A DNA stretch of 64,000 nt from Ascidiella aspersa (lineage: Eukaryota), in NCBI GenBank assembly GCA_963924565.1, contig OZ004609.1, positions 29,760,001-29,824,000 of the forward strand, read 5' to 3'. The position numbers and the translations under genes are program-made. Positions 1 to 62,241 of this stretch are shown here, one piece after another. The notes beneath the pieces were generated by a model. It had not been told where the DNA came from and ran no database searches. It saw nothing but the letters and a program-made list of their open reading frames with translations. Position 1 is the stretch's first letter. Each line of letters opens with the position of its first letter.

Positions 1-318
1 AGTGAAATCTTCCTACAAATACATGGACTTGAATGTACCAATGGCTGACTTATTAAAATATGCATCAGTCCTGTTTGTTTAATGGCATCTGTCGCGTTTT
101 CTCGCCGAGCAATACAAATAGAAACCTTAATCGGTACGACGCGCGGTAATTTTCGACCTGTTTGAATTAAACATTAAACCAATGGAAAACATTAAACCCC
201 TGAACCACAACGCGACGATGGCAAATATTTTTTGCGATTTTTTCGTGTATACATGACCTTTTTAGATATGTATATAGCCTTTGAAACGACGCTTTGACGC
301 AACATCGTGGGCTCAGCA

Positions 319-575
319 CAGAGGCGTATTGCCAGGGTATTTTGCGCCTGGGGACAAACTATATAAGTGGCGCCCCTCCTCCATATTTAATCACACTTTC
401 TATTACATTAACATAATATACCTTACTTTGTACGGAAAAACAATTCACATTTTTTAGAACATTGTGTTTAAAAAAGAACCGCTTTTTGTGAAAATTTTGA
501 ACCTCATTTTGGCGCCCCTGTAGCTTGGCGCCCGGGGATATATGTACGCCACCGCCTTTCTTAGCTAGGCCTCTG
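319..575. mobile_element. Degenerate hAT-like MITE
   Basis: Termini cagaggcgta...taggcctctg, internal ggcgccc repeats, partial flanking duplication (gctca). Confidence 0.55.
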
Positions 576-1105
576 GCTCATCGCCAGCTATGCTACGTTT
601 GTTTTTCCGACTCGAAGTGAAATACACGCTAAATTATTGAACAATTTGATACGCTGCTGAAAAATGTTATTTTCGTGCGGATTTATTTTTCACGTTTTGC
701 ATAAAATGCTGTTCTCCTAATTCATAAAATGTACCTTAGTAAAGAACATGAGAAGATTTCCCAGCAAACCAAACTAATCATTAGTAACTGACCAAACCCC
801 CACAAGAAAGTGGTAAAATGTAAAATGCGCCCCTCCCAGCCACAAAAAATAATAAAAATAAACCTAGAATACAGTCATATAATTTTTTTACGACATCTAT
901 AGTCAAACGCTTACGCACAACAGTCTATATAGTAAAAATCCTTAGCAAACTGCACATAACCCGATTAAACTGACCCAACACTCACAAATGTAGCATCAAA
1001 CAGCCTCTTTTCTAAAAAAAAACTGACACTTAAAGACGCTTTAAAAAGGGCATCCAACCACCAAGCGAACCGCTTTGTTTACTTTGAAATATCATTTCGC
1101 TACAG

Positions 1106-49716
<48,611 letters not shown>

Positions 49717-51948
49717 CGTCACCATTTTCCAGTAGCGACGCGGCCGTTTTCTTTTGCGAATGTCGGTGAATGAACGCCGCTGCCGTGCACTTACTGTAGT
49801 CTCACCGCTTTCGTTTGTGTTCGAACGGTTGTCGGCGATCGAAACGACGGGGACGCTAACGTCGCTTTCGACGGTCTCGATATATAAGGGATGCGCTTCT
49901 GTCTACTGTATTTTATATGTACAGCTGGTGCGACGAATATATGTTTCGGGACGGTTGTGGCAGCGAAAGAACGAGTTGTCTGTACTCCAAACTATTATTC
50001 CTTAAGCAATGGTTCTTAAACTGAAGACAATTTTCCCCCGATTACGGAATGCTATTTTTGACCGCGTAAAAAAAAACTACTGTTAGTCGTCCAGCAATTT
50101 TTACTGGTGTTTATATCCAAACTGTAAGGACAGTATCATTTTTTTACATTATTCGATTCCTGGCCATGACTTGTTAATTCTAAAAATCGAGTTAAATGAA
50201 ATCCGTTTTATTCTCGGGGGTAAAGATACGAAGAAGTTTAAGAACCGCCAATCTAAGGTTTCGGCGCAATTCGATTTTACTCATTGCGATTTGGACTCGT
50301 TGGTGCGTGAAGTGATCCGAGACCGGCTCGATTCCTTTTTTGCTTTTTGTTCGATTTCATTTTTTTTACCAGCGTATAATTTATGTCATGTACGACACAC
50401 ACGCGTACGGCGCATGCAATGTGTACGCTATTTCGTGGCACCGCCAGAAAACCACTTTCTGTAGAGGATTCAATCCGGACACAGCTTTCGCACTTTTTCC
50501 TTTGATTCTATACCATAGTCGAACGGTACTTTTAGCAACATCGCACTTTGTCCAAACGAGACTCACTCGACCCATATTCAGCTGCACAGAGTGGGTAGTT
50601 TGCATTTTCCCACGTATAAACGATTTATGCGATGTTTAATTCTATCCGGGGGTCGCTTCCCGATGGCTGTGGGTGCGCGTTACTGTTTTTACGTGTTTGT
50701 GTGTGTGTGTGTTTGTGCCGCGATTGGCCTATGCGTACTGCGTACTCTCTCTTTTTTTATCCGTACCTTGCACAGATTCTTTGTCGTTAAAGCCGCCATC
50801 GAAGCGAATCGTGTCCGCTTTGCGCGCGTGGCTTATGAACAGCCCTCCGCTGTCTGTTTTATTATTATTGGTCGTTACTTTTTCTTTCTTTCTCGATTTC
50901 TTAACGTTGCTGACACCCCCGTCGAAATTTTTTTGTGTCGCCTGCAAAAATGGTGTTTTATTAAGATCCAACGACGCAACGTCGTCACTTTGGTTTTCTT
51001 TCTTTTAAAAATCTGTTTTCTTAATAATTTGCACAACCACCGCCGCCCTGGTAGCAATGGAGCATGGCCCGTTTACGTCGGCAATAAAGATCACGTCGGC
51101 GTACATAGAAGGGACAACGAAATTTTTTAACGCCGAAGGGACAACGACTTCAGTTTGACGCTGCACGAAAATCAAACTCACTCCTTTAGATGTAATTAGT
51201 TGGATGTTGTAGTTAAGGGTAGACGAAATAAATATTAAAACCCGTACAGAAATAGCTGGTCTTGTGTAAACGTTAAATTACACTCATATTCAGAATTGTG
51301 TGTGAAAAGAGCATTTTCAAACCTTTAAACAACCTACTTATGTGTAGGCTTTGCCATTTCTTCTACAAAATTATCCCAACGTGACAAAGTAAAGCTTTTA
51401 ATTAAAAACGTATAAAGATTGATTCAAACCTTCGAAAATCCCATACCTCTTTCGGGTCCCGAAATGTCAAAAGCAAAGCCCCTAAAAAAGCAAAATTTTC
51501 ATTTCTGTGCAGTCGTAACAAAACCTGCATGCTGCAAAAAGATTATTTTTTATTTAATTTTGCATTTCTTAGGTTTTCTCTCTAGACAATAGGCGAGATT
51601 ATCCATCGCTATAGTACAAAAATGCAGTTGCGCTTGCAAGAAAAGAATGTACGTTTTGTGTCCGATGTTTTTTTCTAATTTTTTATCGAACGATCTCGCG
51701 TCTAATTCTGTTGACCGAGCGTTAATACTGATTACCATATCGTGACATTTGCCATTTTACTTTTTCTATGTTTTCGTCGCTAATTTCTTTTTCGCGCAAG
51801 AATAGTGCAAATTAAAAAACGATACGGTAGCGTACAAGACGCTGGTTGTGTCTGATTTTTTCTGAACTGTGCACTGCAATCAGAAGAATGTTAGGCTGGT
51901 TCCCATTATCCTAATACCAATCATGATATCTTCTTTGATGATTTAGGG

Positions 51949-52254
51949 CAGGGTTCTTAAACTTTTTTTAACCGCGGACCCTTAAAATTAATTTGCATCG
52001 CGTGGACCACGGTAGACAAGAAAATGTCAGACGTCATAAAATTGACGTCATAAGGCTAATAGACGTTATAAATCTGCTAATTTCGGTCCAAAAAATGTGA
52101 AAGTGAAATGCAGGCGAAATACATTCAAAACTGCTATTTTTAATTAAACTGTTTTCTTTAAAAATTGATTACTTCTTTGAAAATACACCAACATTTCAAT
52201 TAGGCCTTCATGGACCACCTAAAACTAGTACGGACCCCAGTTCAAGAACACCTG
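51949..52254. mobile_element. hAT-like MITE (4095 family)
   Basis: cagggttcttaaac...gttcaagaacacctg. Confidence 0.7.
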
Positions 52255-54085
52255 ATTTAATGGCTTTTATCGCGTAGTAGAATGCACCACACAATAAAAT
52301 GTATATTTTTCACTTTTGTTCCTAAACGTTTTGAAAAATTAAACGTTTGAACATTTCACGTGTTGAGATGGTATCACATTTACAGCACCATCGTATGTGG
52401 TTCTTGGATAATCGGGATCACAGAACAGATTTGCACTTGGTTTGACGCAAAAACTAATTGTCACACGTAGTTTTTTCCACTTTCACCCTTTAACACAGTA
52501 AGCCGAGAACTTTAAAGAAGTAAAAAAATATATATATAGGCCTATATATATATATTTTTTTTTTCAAATAAGTACGTTCCAGTTGTACAATGTTACGCTA
52601 AGACCAAACATATAAACTAACATTTTGAGTTTTCTGTTATTAAGGCTATTTAAATATTGTCGAAAGTTTGGTAAAGGTTGGTTAGTGACATTTCTATTGC
52701 TCGAATAGTTTACTGATATTCTTATGAATGACATAACAACAAAAAACTGTACCTCACAAAATAGTTTCAACATTTTATAGTGTTAGTTCTAATGCATATC
52801 TAACCTATTTAAAAGCATACTGTGTGGACGCCACCCATCGTTGCAAAACTTTTCAAGTAAGTGAGCTTTTTTTTGACGTGAAAACCAAACATTATTAAAA
52901 ATGGCATGTAACTCCAATTAGCATAGCAATGAGTTTTCCAAGAGAGAAAAACGTTCAATTATATTTCAATGTTCCTCAACGTACACAGTATCAAGGTTAA
53001 ATTGTACGATATCTTACAAGATATTTTTATAAATATAAATACCAAACAATTTGTTTATTTATTTACACATTGTAAAGGGGAGACTATGCATTCCCCCAAA
53101 ACTGATATGTTTGCTATTCATTTGCTATTGAAGTAAATTTCATTTGTCAGTACTTTAGTAAACCAGAGTAGAAATAATAATTCTTTGGTCGCTTTTAGTA
53201 ACATCATCGCCATTACTGCCGCGAGCAAGAAAGAAATTGCTTGCTGACAACTCGGACGAGGAATTTGATTACATTTGAAGACGAAAACTACTGTTTATTG
53301 ATTCAGCGCCGTCTACTGAACAATACTGTAAAATTGACAACATTATTTGCGTAACCCAGACTATGATTTCCAAACCAAACGCTTTGAACAGTGATCAACT
53401 GAGTAAAATACTGATGTGAAAACTAATTAAAACGACCAGGCTGCAATAAATGGCCATTTAAAGTTATATGCCAAAGACTACTGTTAACAATACACAATCT
53501 TTGGCTAACTACCATTATCCCAGAAAACAACGATAGACAACGATAAAACGTCCAACCGACCACATGAGGTTATATTAAAAAAATAGTTGCTTGGAAATAA
53601 GTCAGCACTTGGTGGCTCTGTGGGCCTAATTTTCAACATTTTATTATCTCCTGTCGTTTAGCAAGTGGTAAATGTTGAAAGCAAATTTTGTCAAAAGAGA
53701 GTTGACTAGATTGTAACTTGCGCCGCTTTAAACGATTGCCGAGCAAAAAAGTATATAAAATCGCTCCGAATTTGAACACGCATCTGTCAAGTTATAAAGG
53801 ACCGCTTTCAAACTCTTTCCCGAAAAGGACACAAATGCCAAATGGTAAAAAGAACCAACTGCAAATTGGCCACAATTTAACGTATAGGGACAAATAAAAA
53901 CCATATTTTGCGCAACCTAACATATATAATATACAATTCGCGATATATACGGCCAAACGGGCATGCAATGAAAGCGTGTTTTCATTAAAGTTGCCAAAAA
54001 AACAGCAGCAGCGGTAACAACCACAACAGTAGTGTGCGGCGCCGCATTCAAACGCAGCCGAGTTGGTTGCGTGAAAAGGTGTCCT

Positions 54086-54233
54086 TTACTCTTCGCCTGG
54101 CACCACCATGCTCTCCAACATCTTGAAGCTGCGGGACTGGTGGGTCTTCCCGGGAGCGGCGTCGTTCCTGTGGACCGCCCTGTATGTGGCCGAGTCCGGG
54201 ACCCCGGGGGCGGGACCGGCGTCGTCCGCGGCC
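54086..54233 (-). CDS. PDZ-ZM last exon (...DSATYRAVH...[18 protein letters not shown])
   Basis: tttcag acceptor, TAA stop; QSRSFxxL motif of the family. Confidence 0.85.
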
Positions 54234-57200
54234 CTGAAAAACGAAGCCGGAGTGGTTGAGCAACTTGTAATTTAAAAGAGGCCGTAAGGCGGTTCATTTT
54301 GAATTTGGACTTGTTATAGAGTTGGATTTTTTTATCGTACGGTGTACGCTTTTGTATAAACGGTTAGCAGTTCTAACATACGTAGCTGATGTTTACAGTA
54401 GTGTTTTCTAATCTATTTTAGTCTCTTAACCCTTGTAATAACTAAACCCTCTGAGACCCTTAACATTTGACAGGTTTAATTAAAGCAACATTTCTCGTTG
54501 TGCTATGGCACGCATTTCACGCAATTGGTGTCGCGTTCCGTTAGTTTTCACATTCGCATCTTTAACTTGAAAAATAATACATTTTATATAGTCGTGAATT
54601 TTCTGTTTGTTTTATGTGATTTGGGTGAAACCTTGTATTTAACGGTACTTATTTTGGCAAAATTTTAAACCGTTTATTTTATCAGCTCCAGGTAAAGTCC
54701 TATCACGTTAGTGCCACACATGCGATAAAGTTAACTCTATAACATATGCTATAGAACAAATTCTATGAAGAAAGATGCCCATGCGAGTATTTCTAGGAAA
54801 GAGTTTATTAGCTTTCACACAATTCTTGTATGAGTCTGTCACTTTATGGTATGAAAAACATTCGTTCTATATTGGTTTTGTCATCAATTACAAGTCAAGG
54901 TTAACTTTTTGTTAGTGGGTAAGATAACGCTAAACTATAAAACAGAAAACTGTAAAGAAATTTACGCCGCTCTAAAAAAACGACGATGAAACCAGAAAGC
55001 ATAATTTCTACAGCGATGACAGCACATCGCTATCTCACCCAGGCAGAGACACTCCCATCGACTGCGCTTGCGCCTGTACAGTGTCAATGATGTTGTCATT
55101 GGAGTACATTCCCATCGGCGTGTTGTACTGGGCGTGGACCACGCGAGACTTACCGGGTCCCTTCATCTAAAGCAACAATTACGGAGTTGCACGACTAGTT
55201 GTTCTTAGAGTATTATATTTGGTTAAACGAATGATGAACCAGTTTGAATGAAGGGATTGCTTTCTGCTTAATAGGCAACTACGATTGGAGAACTTCTAAT
55301 ATTCGGAAATAAAAGTACTACGTATGATTGTTATACCGTCGTATAAATTCTGATCAAAGTGTTTATTGCCTATTCGGCTATATTGTGACCAAGAGGAACG
55401 ATATGATCTTCCTGGCGGCCAAGGGATTAGGATTCATACACAGAGATCAATGTCATTTACAGTCCAATGGTAGAAATAGGTCGGAACAGCGTTTCGGTAA
55501 AAACAACTTTTGTAGGTACGCCGTATCGGTAAAAAATGTTCTTTTTTAGCAGGCAAATCCAGCCATCTCCTTAAATGTATTTTGTGCACTACGTCGAACG
55601 ATAGCCTTATGTTTCCTATAGTCACCTGTTTTAGACGTTTAGAATGAGGCCATTTTGTGACGTCATCTCGGAAAATTATTCTACTTTCTCCCCTGATATG
55701 GTCTTACCACTGTCTGGCCTTGCTTTGCTGCCGCCGATCTTTTCAAAGCCGATGGGTCGAACACTGGAACAGTGGTTGGGTTCATGATGGGCGCCTTTAC
55801 CGTTCTGCGTAAATCGACAGGTTTGCATCTGAAAATCTAATTGTATTTTTAGCACTGATGCCTAAAAACAGTATTTATCAAAATCAAAACCCTTTGTTAG
55901 ACCGCTATTACATGTAGTCTTTCGTTACTCAATGGCGGCCGGAAATATTATCTGACATAAAATCGAGTTTAATTTTCTAACTTTGATTTCTCTTGCCAAT
56001 GCAGTTTGTTGGTAAAAGTAAAGTATGCTAACTATGAAATTCCAGCACTGTAGAATTCCATAAAACTCACACAACAAATGCTCCGTAACATGAAAAATGT
56101 TATTCCTGGTTATCACCGGCCCACAGTCAAAATACATACGCTGCCTTCGCTCGTTGCATACTGATTCAAAATGTTACATCGAAGTTGGATCCTATCGCAA
56201 CGATTGCAAATCGCCCTCATTTTAGGACGCAAATGCGATTTTAAGCGTTGTACTTCTTGTGTGGCCGGCGAAAATTTGGGCGCTATTAACAACTGTAGAA
56301 AATATCCTAGAATCGAACGACGTTTTTACGACGACATTTACCGTGGTGCTGTGGGTGGACCAGTGGAGGGTCGGAAACCTTGCGCTGTCCGGTTGTGGGC
56401 GGTTCCAGCTGGTTTATCAACCTTCGCGAAACACAACCGTTAAAGCAGGGGTGTCCAACTAGAGGGACGCGTGCCAACCGACCTAATAAAAAATGGCACG
56501 CAAGCCCACCGAAAATACAGCCAATTGTCAAAAAAGCTAAATTTGTTCTACAGCCAATTGTCATTGTTTATTCACAATATAAAACAATTCCAGCAATTAT
56601 GACAACAAACAATTACTTCTGATATTATAACATTATACTGTTTTATCTTTTGTATAAAAGCGCTTTTAATATTAAAAAAAATAGTTGCTAAACTTTGGCA
56701 CGGGAAGAAGTTATAAGATAAAAATTGGCACGTCGGCATGTTTGAGTTGGACACACCTGCGTTAAAGCTTCGACTTAATGTTGCCAAGTGAAAGGTGACA
56801 TTGTTTTACATCGAGCGTTTTACGTGCGACTTCTTGAACGACAAGTGGATCCCAGTAACTAAAGCGGATTTTAATGATGATGCATCCATATCACTGTTTA
56901 CATTGCAAAGTTTGCGCGAAAAGATTAAAAAGCGCACAGTGAATTGGATTGTTAACCTTGTAGGCTACAATGGGTTAAGAATTAAGATAATAAAAACGGT
57001 CTAATGGCGTCCAAACTCTAGCAAGCCATTTCCAAAATAACCAGTTACCGTACCAAAACTATACTACCAGGAATTGTTAGCAATTTTGTTATGACTTAAG
57101 TCAATGACTTGACTTAAGTCTTTCGGACAAATGACTTGGGTTGAAATGAAGTATTTTCATTAAGCATTTTTTATTATTGGGTTATTTATCTTAAGTTTTC

Positions 57201-60200
57201 CACATAAAACAATTTGCTTCTTATATGTTTCATTTTGTAGTTTACAGTTCATATTTGAAAATTACAGTTCATATTTGAAATAGTTTAGTAAATTTAAAGG
57301 TTAATTCTTTAAATATTTTTTACAAGGGACTTGTAGATAACCTGAAATTGACTTGCTCTATTTATGACTGTTTGTTATTTATACAACATAACTTGGATTT
57401 AAGTACTTAGAAATGACTGACTTGTTTACAACACTGGTTGTTAGCTTGTGAAATTCTGAGAATTAGAAATTGTTTAAGTCGCATAAACAATTAAACCAAA
57501 AGCGTCTTACTAAACATTTCCGATGTGTGTGAAAGGGAAAAAACATTTTTGCCATACTGCGGGTATGTAGGCAACAGTGACTGGGAGCGCATTATCAATG
57601 TATTATAACGAATATTTCTTCATATTTAGTTATTAGGACTTACCAAAACAATATTAGGTGCAAGCGGCTTTAAGTTCGATACCAAGTACATAGAGGCAGA
57701 GCATTCCTTGCCGTAGACTGGAAACGGGCTTCACACACGAAACACAAACACACTCAAAAGACATTTTCTTTGACCAAGGAGGCGTCATGCAGTGTTCGAC
57801 TGTTCGTGCTTTGTGCAGCACGCGTATGATGGCGTCACTAACAAAACTGTCACTTCAAAACGATATTTCGAGCAGATACCTTTATAGAATGGGGTGGATG
57901 AAACAGTTTTCTTTTTCAGGAAACATCGTGTGCAAAACAGTTATTTATCAACTCGCAGTTACGTAAAGCAGCTCGCATGTAATTAACAGCAATACGCAAC
58001 ATACGCTAACTTGCGTTGCTTGTGAAGAAATGTAAAACATCTCCCAACAAATCTAAAACAGATTTTTTCTTCTTTCGTTGAGTTAATACCGAAAATTGTT
58101 GTAGTTACGAATATACGATCATCTCGGATCAGAGCCGATACCCGACGCCCAGTGTAGTATTGACACTGATGCGATACTAGGGCGGAATGGGCTCCGCTGC
58201 TATATCAAACTAATATACGAATTTCAGCCATGAACGGCGATCCAACGCAGCAAGAATATACCTTAGAAATCAAATTTAGCAATAAAAAGTCGGTAAATTG
58301 CGAATCCAGAAGCAAATTTTGGTCTAATAATCTGAAAAATCCTCTTTAAACGTTTCAATTTTATCTAGTTTGCCTGTTTGCGAACAGTAATTAGGTCCTT
58401 TGGTAAAGGAACGCGTAACTTTTTTCCAAAATATCCGGTATCGGTATAAAATGTCAAGTATCGGACTTTTCCAGTTGTAATACACCAAACGTCACAACGT
58501 AATGTTCGAGTGCATCAAATTCGCTACCTCTAATTTTCTGTCCTGTTATCTCCATCTGATCCTAGTTTAAAGAACGACTGCAATTAGAAGGGTAAAAATA
58601 GGATGGCACAAAATCCAATCTAATTGACATGGCACGCCAGAGCAGCCTCCTTGTAATTATAGGTAGGCGAAGAGCGAGACTCGAGAGGGGTGTTATAGAA
58701 TAGCGGCGGGTGGAGATTACAGTGTACAAGCGATTCGTAATAGGCAAAAGTGATTAAAGGCAGCAATTAGAGTACGGCTTTACAAGGTGCGAGTTATAAT
58801 TGGCCGGCGAGGGAAATCCAACTTCGGGAAAGCGACCGAATATATTGGATGTGAGAACATGGCCACACATCAAGCAACATGAAAACCAGCGACGGATTTG
58901 GCCGCCATTTTTGTTCAAATTTGCACTGCTGCATAAAAACTCCATATACGCCAAGAATCGACCAATTTTTTTGTCTGGGGTTTATTACATTAATCACGGG
59001 TGGTTGCTTTGTTAAGGAATGAGTTACGCAATGTAAAGCGAAGGTTAAATCGGTTTGAATCAACGCGGACGGGAATCGTCTATCGGGCAAAGCATACATG
59101 CAAATTTAATGATTAAAGGCGCAACCTGTGCATACTGTTCTCGTTAAAATTAAAACATTTCAAATTTACATAAAAACGACATTTCGTTGGTCTAAAGTAT
59201 AGGGGTTCTTAAACTGGGGTACGTAGATCCCTTATCTATGAAAGGATCTATGAAGTCTTAATTAAAGTGTTCGTTATATTTTGAAAAGCGTGAAAAAATA
59301 ATTCCAATAAAAAGTATTTAAACTAAAGGTAAAAAACTTTTTGGCGCCTTCTACTTAAGTGTATTTAACTCTTGAATTCAACATTTGTTGTCCCGAAAAC
59401 ATCAAGTATCTTAGGTCTACTTGTTTTATGACGTCATTTCCAAAAATGCAGGCCCTGGTCGTCCACGCGAACCAAATATACTTTCAGGGACCGTTTGAAA
59501 AAAGTTTAAGAACCGCTGATCTAATCTGAGTTACAACGGGCTCTTATGCGTAACGAAAAAAATCGTAGTAGAATAAGCAAAACACAGATAAGTTCTAGAA
59601 GCGGACTGAAAAAAAAAACGCGTTCTGTTATGAATAAGCGAAAAGAATCAGTAAACACGTGGGTGGAAACAGGACGTAATTGTTCGCAAACAGGAAAGCG
59701 CAAAGGAAATAGTAAGCTGAAATCAGAAACGCTTTACAGAAGATGTTCGATACAGAATTAATTACGCATTACGTAGTTTCACCTTTTGTACATGGTGGTC
59801 CGAACGGGCTAAACTGCATATATACTTATTTAAAGATAGGATGAAACCTAACACGTAATTACCGAAAGGGCCACACGCAGCAGAGTCCAACTATAGGGTT
59901 AAACAAACAGATGGGTTCGGCGTCGACAATTAAACGTGACGCAGGCCACAAGTTCAGCAACAGGTCGAGCGCGGAAAGTAGAGCGAACGCGAAGGAAAAC
60001 ATGAAATGCCGCGCTCGGGCGCAAATAAAGAGGAGATGAGGCTATGAACGAAGTGCGAGAGAGACTCAAAACCGCGGTGAACGCTAGCAACTTAAAGACA
60101 CAAGATTAAGCCGCGAAACTAATTCCCGCCGACCTGCGCGTTGTAAGAGTCCTGTACGTTGGCGTTCGAGTAAAGGCCAACGGCCGCGTTGGGGCCCATC

Positions 60201-62241
60201 ACGCGTCTACCCCCGGGGGCCGCTGCCTGAGTGGCCTGGGGGGCGGTCACGAAATCCTGGGCCTTGTTGGCGGGGGCAGGGGGGTCGCCACCGTCGGGCT
60301 GGCCGCGCGCCGACCCGTTTGCCTGCTGCTGTTTGGCCCTAGGCTGGAAACTCATGGGACGGAATCCGCTGGCTTTGACAGGGGCAGCTTCCGGTGAGTT
60401 AGGAGCTGCGTCCTTGGCCTGTGGCGCCGGTGAATAGGCGGAGAAGGGCTTGGCGGAGCGGTTGTGCCGCGAGATGCGCTCTTGCTCGTCTTTCTCCCCC
60501 GTCTGTGAACGTGTTCGGTTGTGGTGGGTGTTTGGTGACGTGTGCGTCATGCAAGCACGCGCGGCGTTACGTCATCAATGGGGAGGCCATGCATCGTCAA
60601 GCGTCGGACAACGGTGGGGTCGGGGAGGAAAATAACAACAACACGGCGGCGTTAGTGCGGGCGAGGGCACGCGACACGAAACGGCAAAAAACACACACAC
60701 GGCACACGCGCGCGCGAGTATTTTTTGGTACTTACGTAAATGCTGCGGTCCACGTCCATTGTGACCTCGCCGGACGGAAGCTGCGTCAGCTTGGCGGCGT
60801 TCCTGGCGGAAACGGATCGTTGGTAAGTTAGAAGGGTATTTTAATACTTCCGTAAAAGGCATTTTGGGACTGTGCAAACTGTATAGATGTCAGTGATGCG
60901 TAGTTTACACACCATTTTGCTTATATCGTGTATAGTTTCTTATAGGTTTGCTTGCTCACGTTTATGCCCTTTAATAACCGATTTGTGTCGTCTTAAGGGG
61001 TCCCAGGCATAGTGTGTTGCCTGGTGGCCTTTCTATAAATGCCAAACTACTGATTTGTAGTTTATAACACTCTTTTTAAATATAGCTTGATTGCTAAACA
61101 ATGCAGTCTAAAAAGAGTTCATTACCTTTCCAGCAACCCTGTCAAGCGAGAAAACGTCCTAATTTAGATTTTCATGCATTAAAACACTGGCATTATAGCA
61201 ATCAGCTTTACATAAAAACGGAATGTCTTATTCATCTTCTAAATAAGAAAAAACTATATTGGTTAGTGTAGTTGAACAGGTCACTTGCAATGCAATATCC
61301 CTAAACAATGATTTACTGGATATCAAACAATATTGGTTCCTGAATTGCTACTGCAACAGGGGAAAAAGGTCAACATTCATACATATTTAGCCTAACAAAT
61401 CTTGGGAAGGGAAAAGGAAGTCAGTCATACTTCTCGACCACGAGATAGAGTGAACCGACAGCCTGCTTGACTTTGGCCTCGCACTCGTCTTGTGTCATGT
61501 CTTCCACAAACTGTCCATTGATGGCAATCAAGACATCACCAGCTGTGATGCCGCACTTTGCTGAAAGACTTCCAGGAGTTATCTTCAGAATAAAGTTTAA
61601 GTCATTGGCAGATTTACATTGCCTTAGAATATGGTGGTTTAAAAGCAGGAGTTTAAAAGACCATGACAGGTCATAAAACAAATTTATAAAACAAGTGACT
61701 TCATGTGAGAACAAAAAAGTAACAAAATGTTCTTGTAATATATATATATATAAGGGGTCACATAAAAAAGTAATTAAAAGTTGCATACAAAATGCATTTA
61801 ACATTTGTAAAACTCAATTGATCAATATGTTGTTAAGTGTATTATATTATGTATGTTCACATAAAATAAAATTTGTAATTTAAAAGAAAGTATAACAAAA
61901 GACATTTACCATCTACGTATAAAAACTTGAGTAGTCGTTATGTTATTAAATGTAAATTTTGGTATGCTACAAACCAAGTTTTGCACATATGCATTTAAAA
62001 TTATATTGAACAGGTCTACAAAATTAATGTCAAAACATTATGCAGTACTTGTAAATTACAAGTTTAAATTGCCCCTACGGCCGTTATATACAACACTCTG
62101 ATGTTTATATGAGCAATAGAGGAAATGACGAACCCTCGTAATAACCAGCGGCTGATTGAATTCTTTTCCTCCTGAAAGTCGAAATCCCCATGGCGGTGAG
62201 CCAAACAAGGTAACTGAGGTTTGAATTCTTGGCTTTGGCAT
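54086..62241 (-). CDS. PDZ + ZM-motif protein of the Zasp/ALP (PDLIM/LDB3) family, no LIM domain seen; 8 coding exons, about 390 aa (267 aa without the cassette exon)
   Basis: N-terminal PDZ with [19 protein letters not shown] motifs, ZM motif [17 protein letters not shown] and QSRSFKML. Exons join in frame through GT-AG junctions. Confidence 0.9.
55039..55166 (-). CDS. PDZ-ZM exon 7, ZM motif ([33 protein letters not shown]...)
   Basis: ctttag / gtgaga, 128 nt; canonical ZASP-like motif. Confidence 0.88.
55708..55828 (-). CDS. PDZ-ZM exon 6 ([40 protein letters not shown])
   Basis: tttcag / gtaaga, 121 nt, phase 2 to 0. Confidence 0.78.
56342..56421 (-). CDS. PDZ-ZM exon 5 ([26 protein letters not shown])
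   Basis: gcgaag / gtaaat, 80 nt; resembles the ALP KPIGTAHNRRAQPF motif. Confidence 0.75.
56446..56759. mobile_element. hAT-like MITE
   Basis: TIR caggggtgtccaact / agttggacacacctg; perfect 8-bp TSD cgttaaag. Confidence 0.9.
59200..59518. mobile_element. hAT-like MITE (4095 family, reverse orientation)
   Basis: taggggttcttaaact...agtttaagaaccgctg. Confidence 0.65.
60134..60502 (-). CDS. PDZ-ZM exon 4, symmetric cassette with HNRSAKPF and ZM-like [14 protein letters not shown]
   Basis: cacag / gtcggc, 369 nt, phase 0-0, open and GC-rich. Confidence 0.8.
60736..60802 (-). CDS. PDZ-ZM exon 3 ([22 protein letters not shown])
   Basis: cgccag / gtaagt, 67 nt, phase 2 to 0. Confidence 0.78.
61431..61582 (-). 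CDS. PDZ-ZM exon 2 ([23 protein letters not shown]...LYLVVE)
   Basis: gaag / gtatga, 152 nt; second half of the PDZ domain. Confidence 0.9.
62134..62241 (-). CDS. PDZ-ZM exon 1 ([36 protein letters not shown])
   Basis: ATG at 62241, gttcgt donor; an AG acceptor lies 17 nt upstream of the ATG. Confidence 0.9.

Noticed and set aside
50591-51130. Longest ORF in the track (179 aa)
   Set aside because: GTG start, low-complexity T/TG-rich sequence, no recognisable domain; most likely Slo1 3' UTR.
57644-57717. Minus-strand 74-nt segment with a good acceptor and gtaagt donor inside the PDZ-ZM gene
   Set aside because: It has a stop in the required phase 0 and no family similarity; at most a poison exon, with no support.
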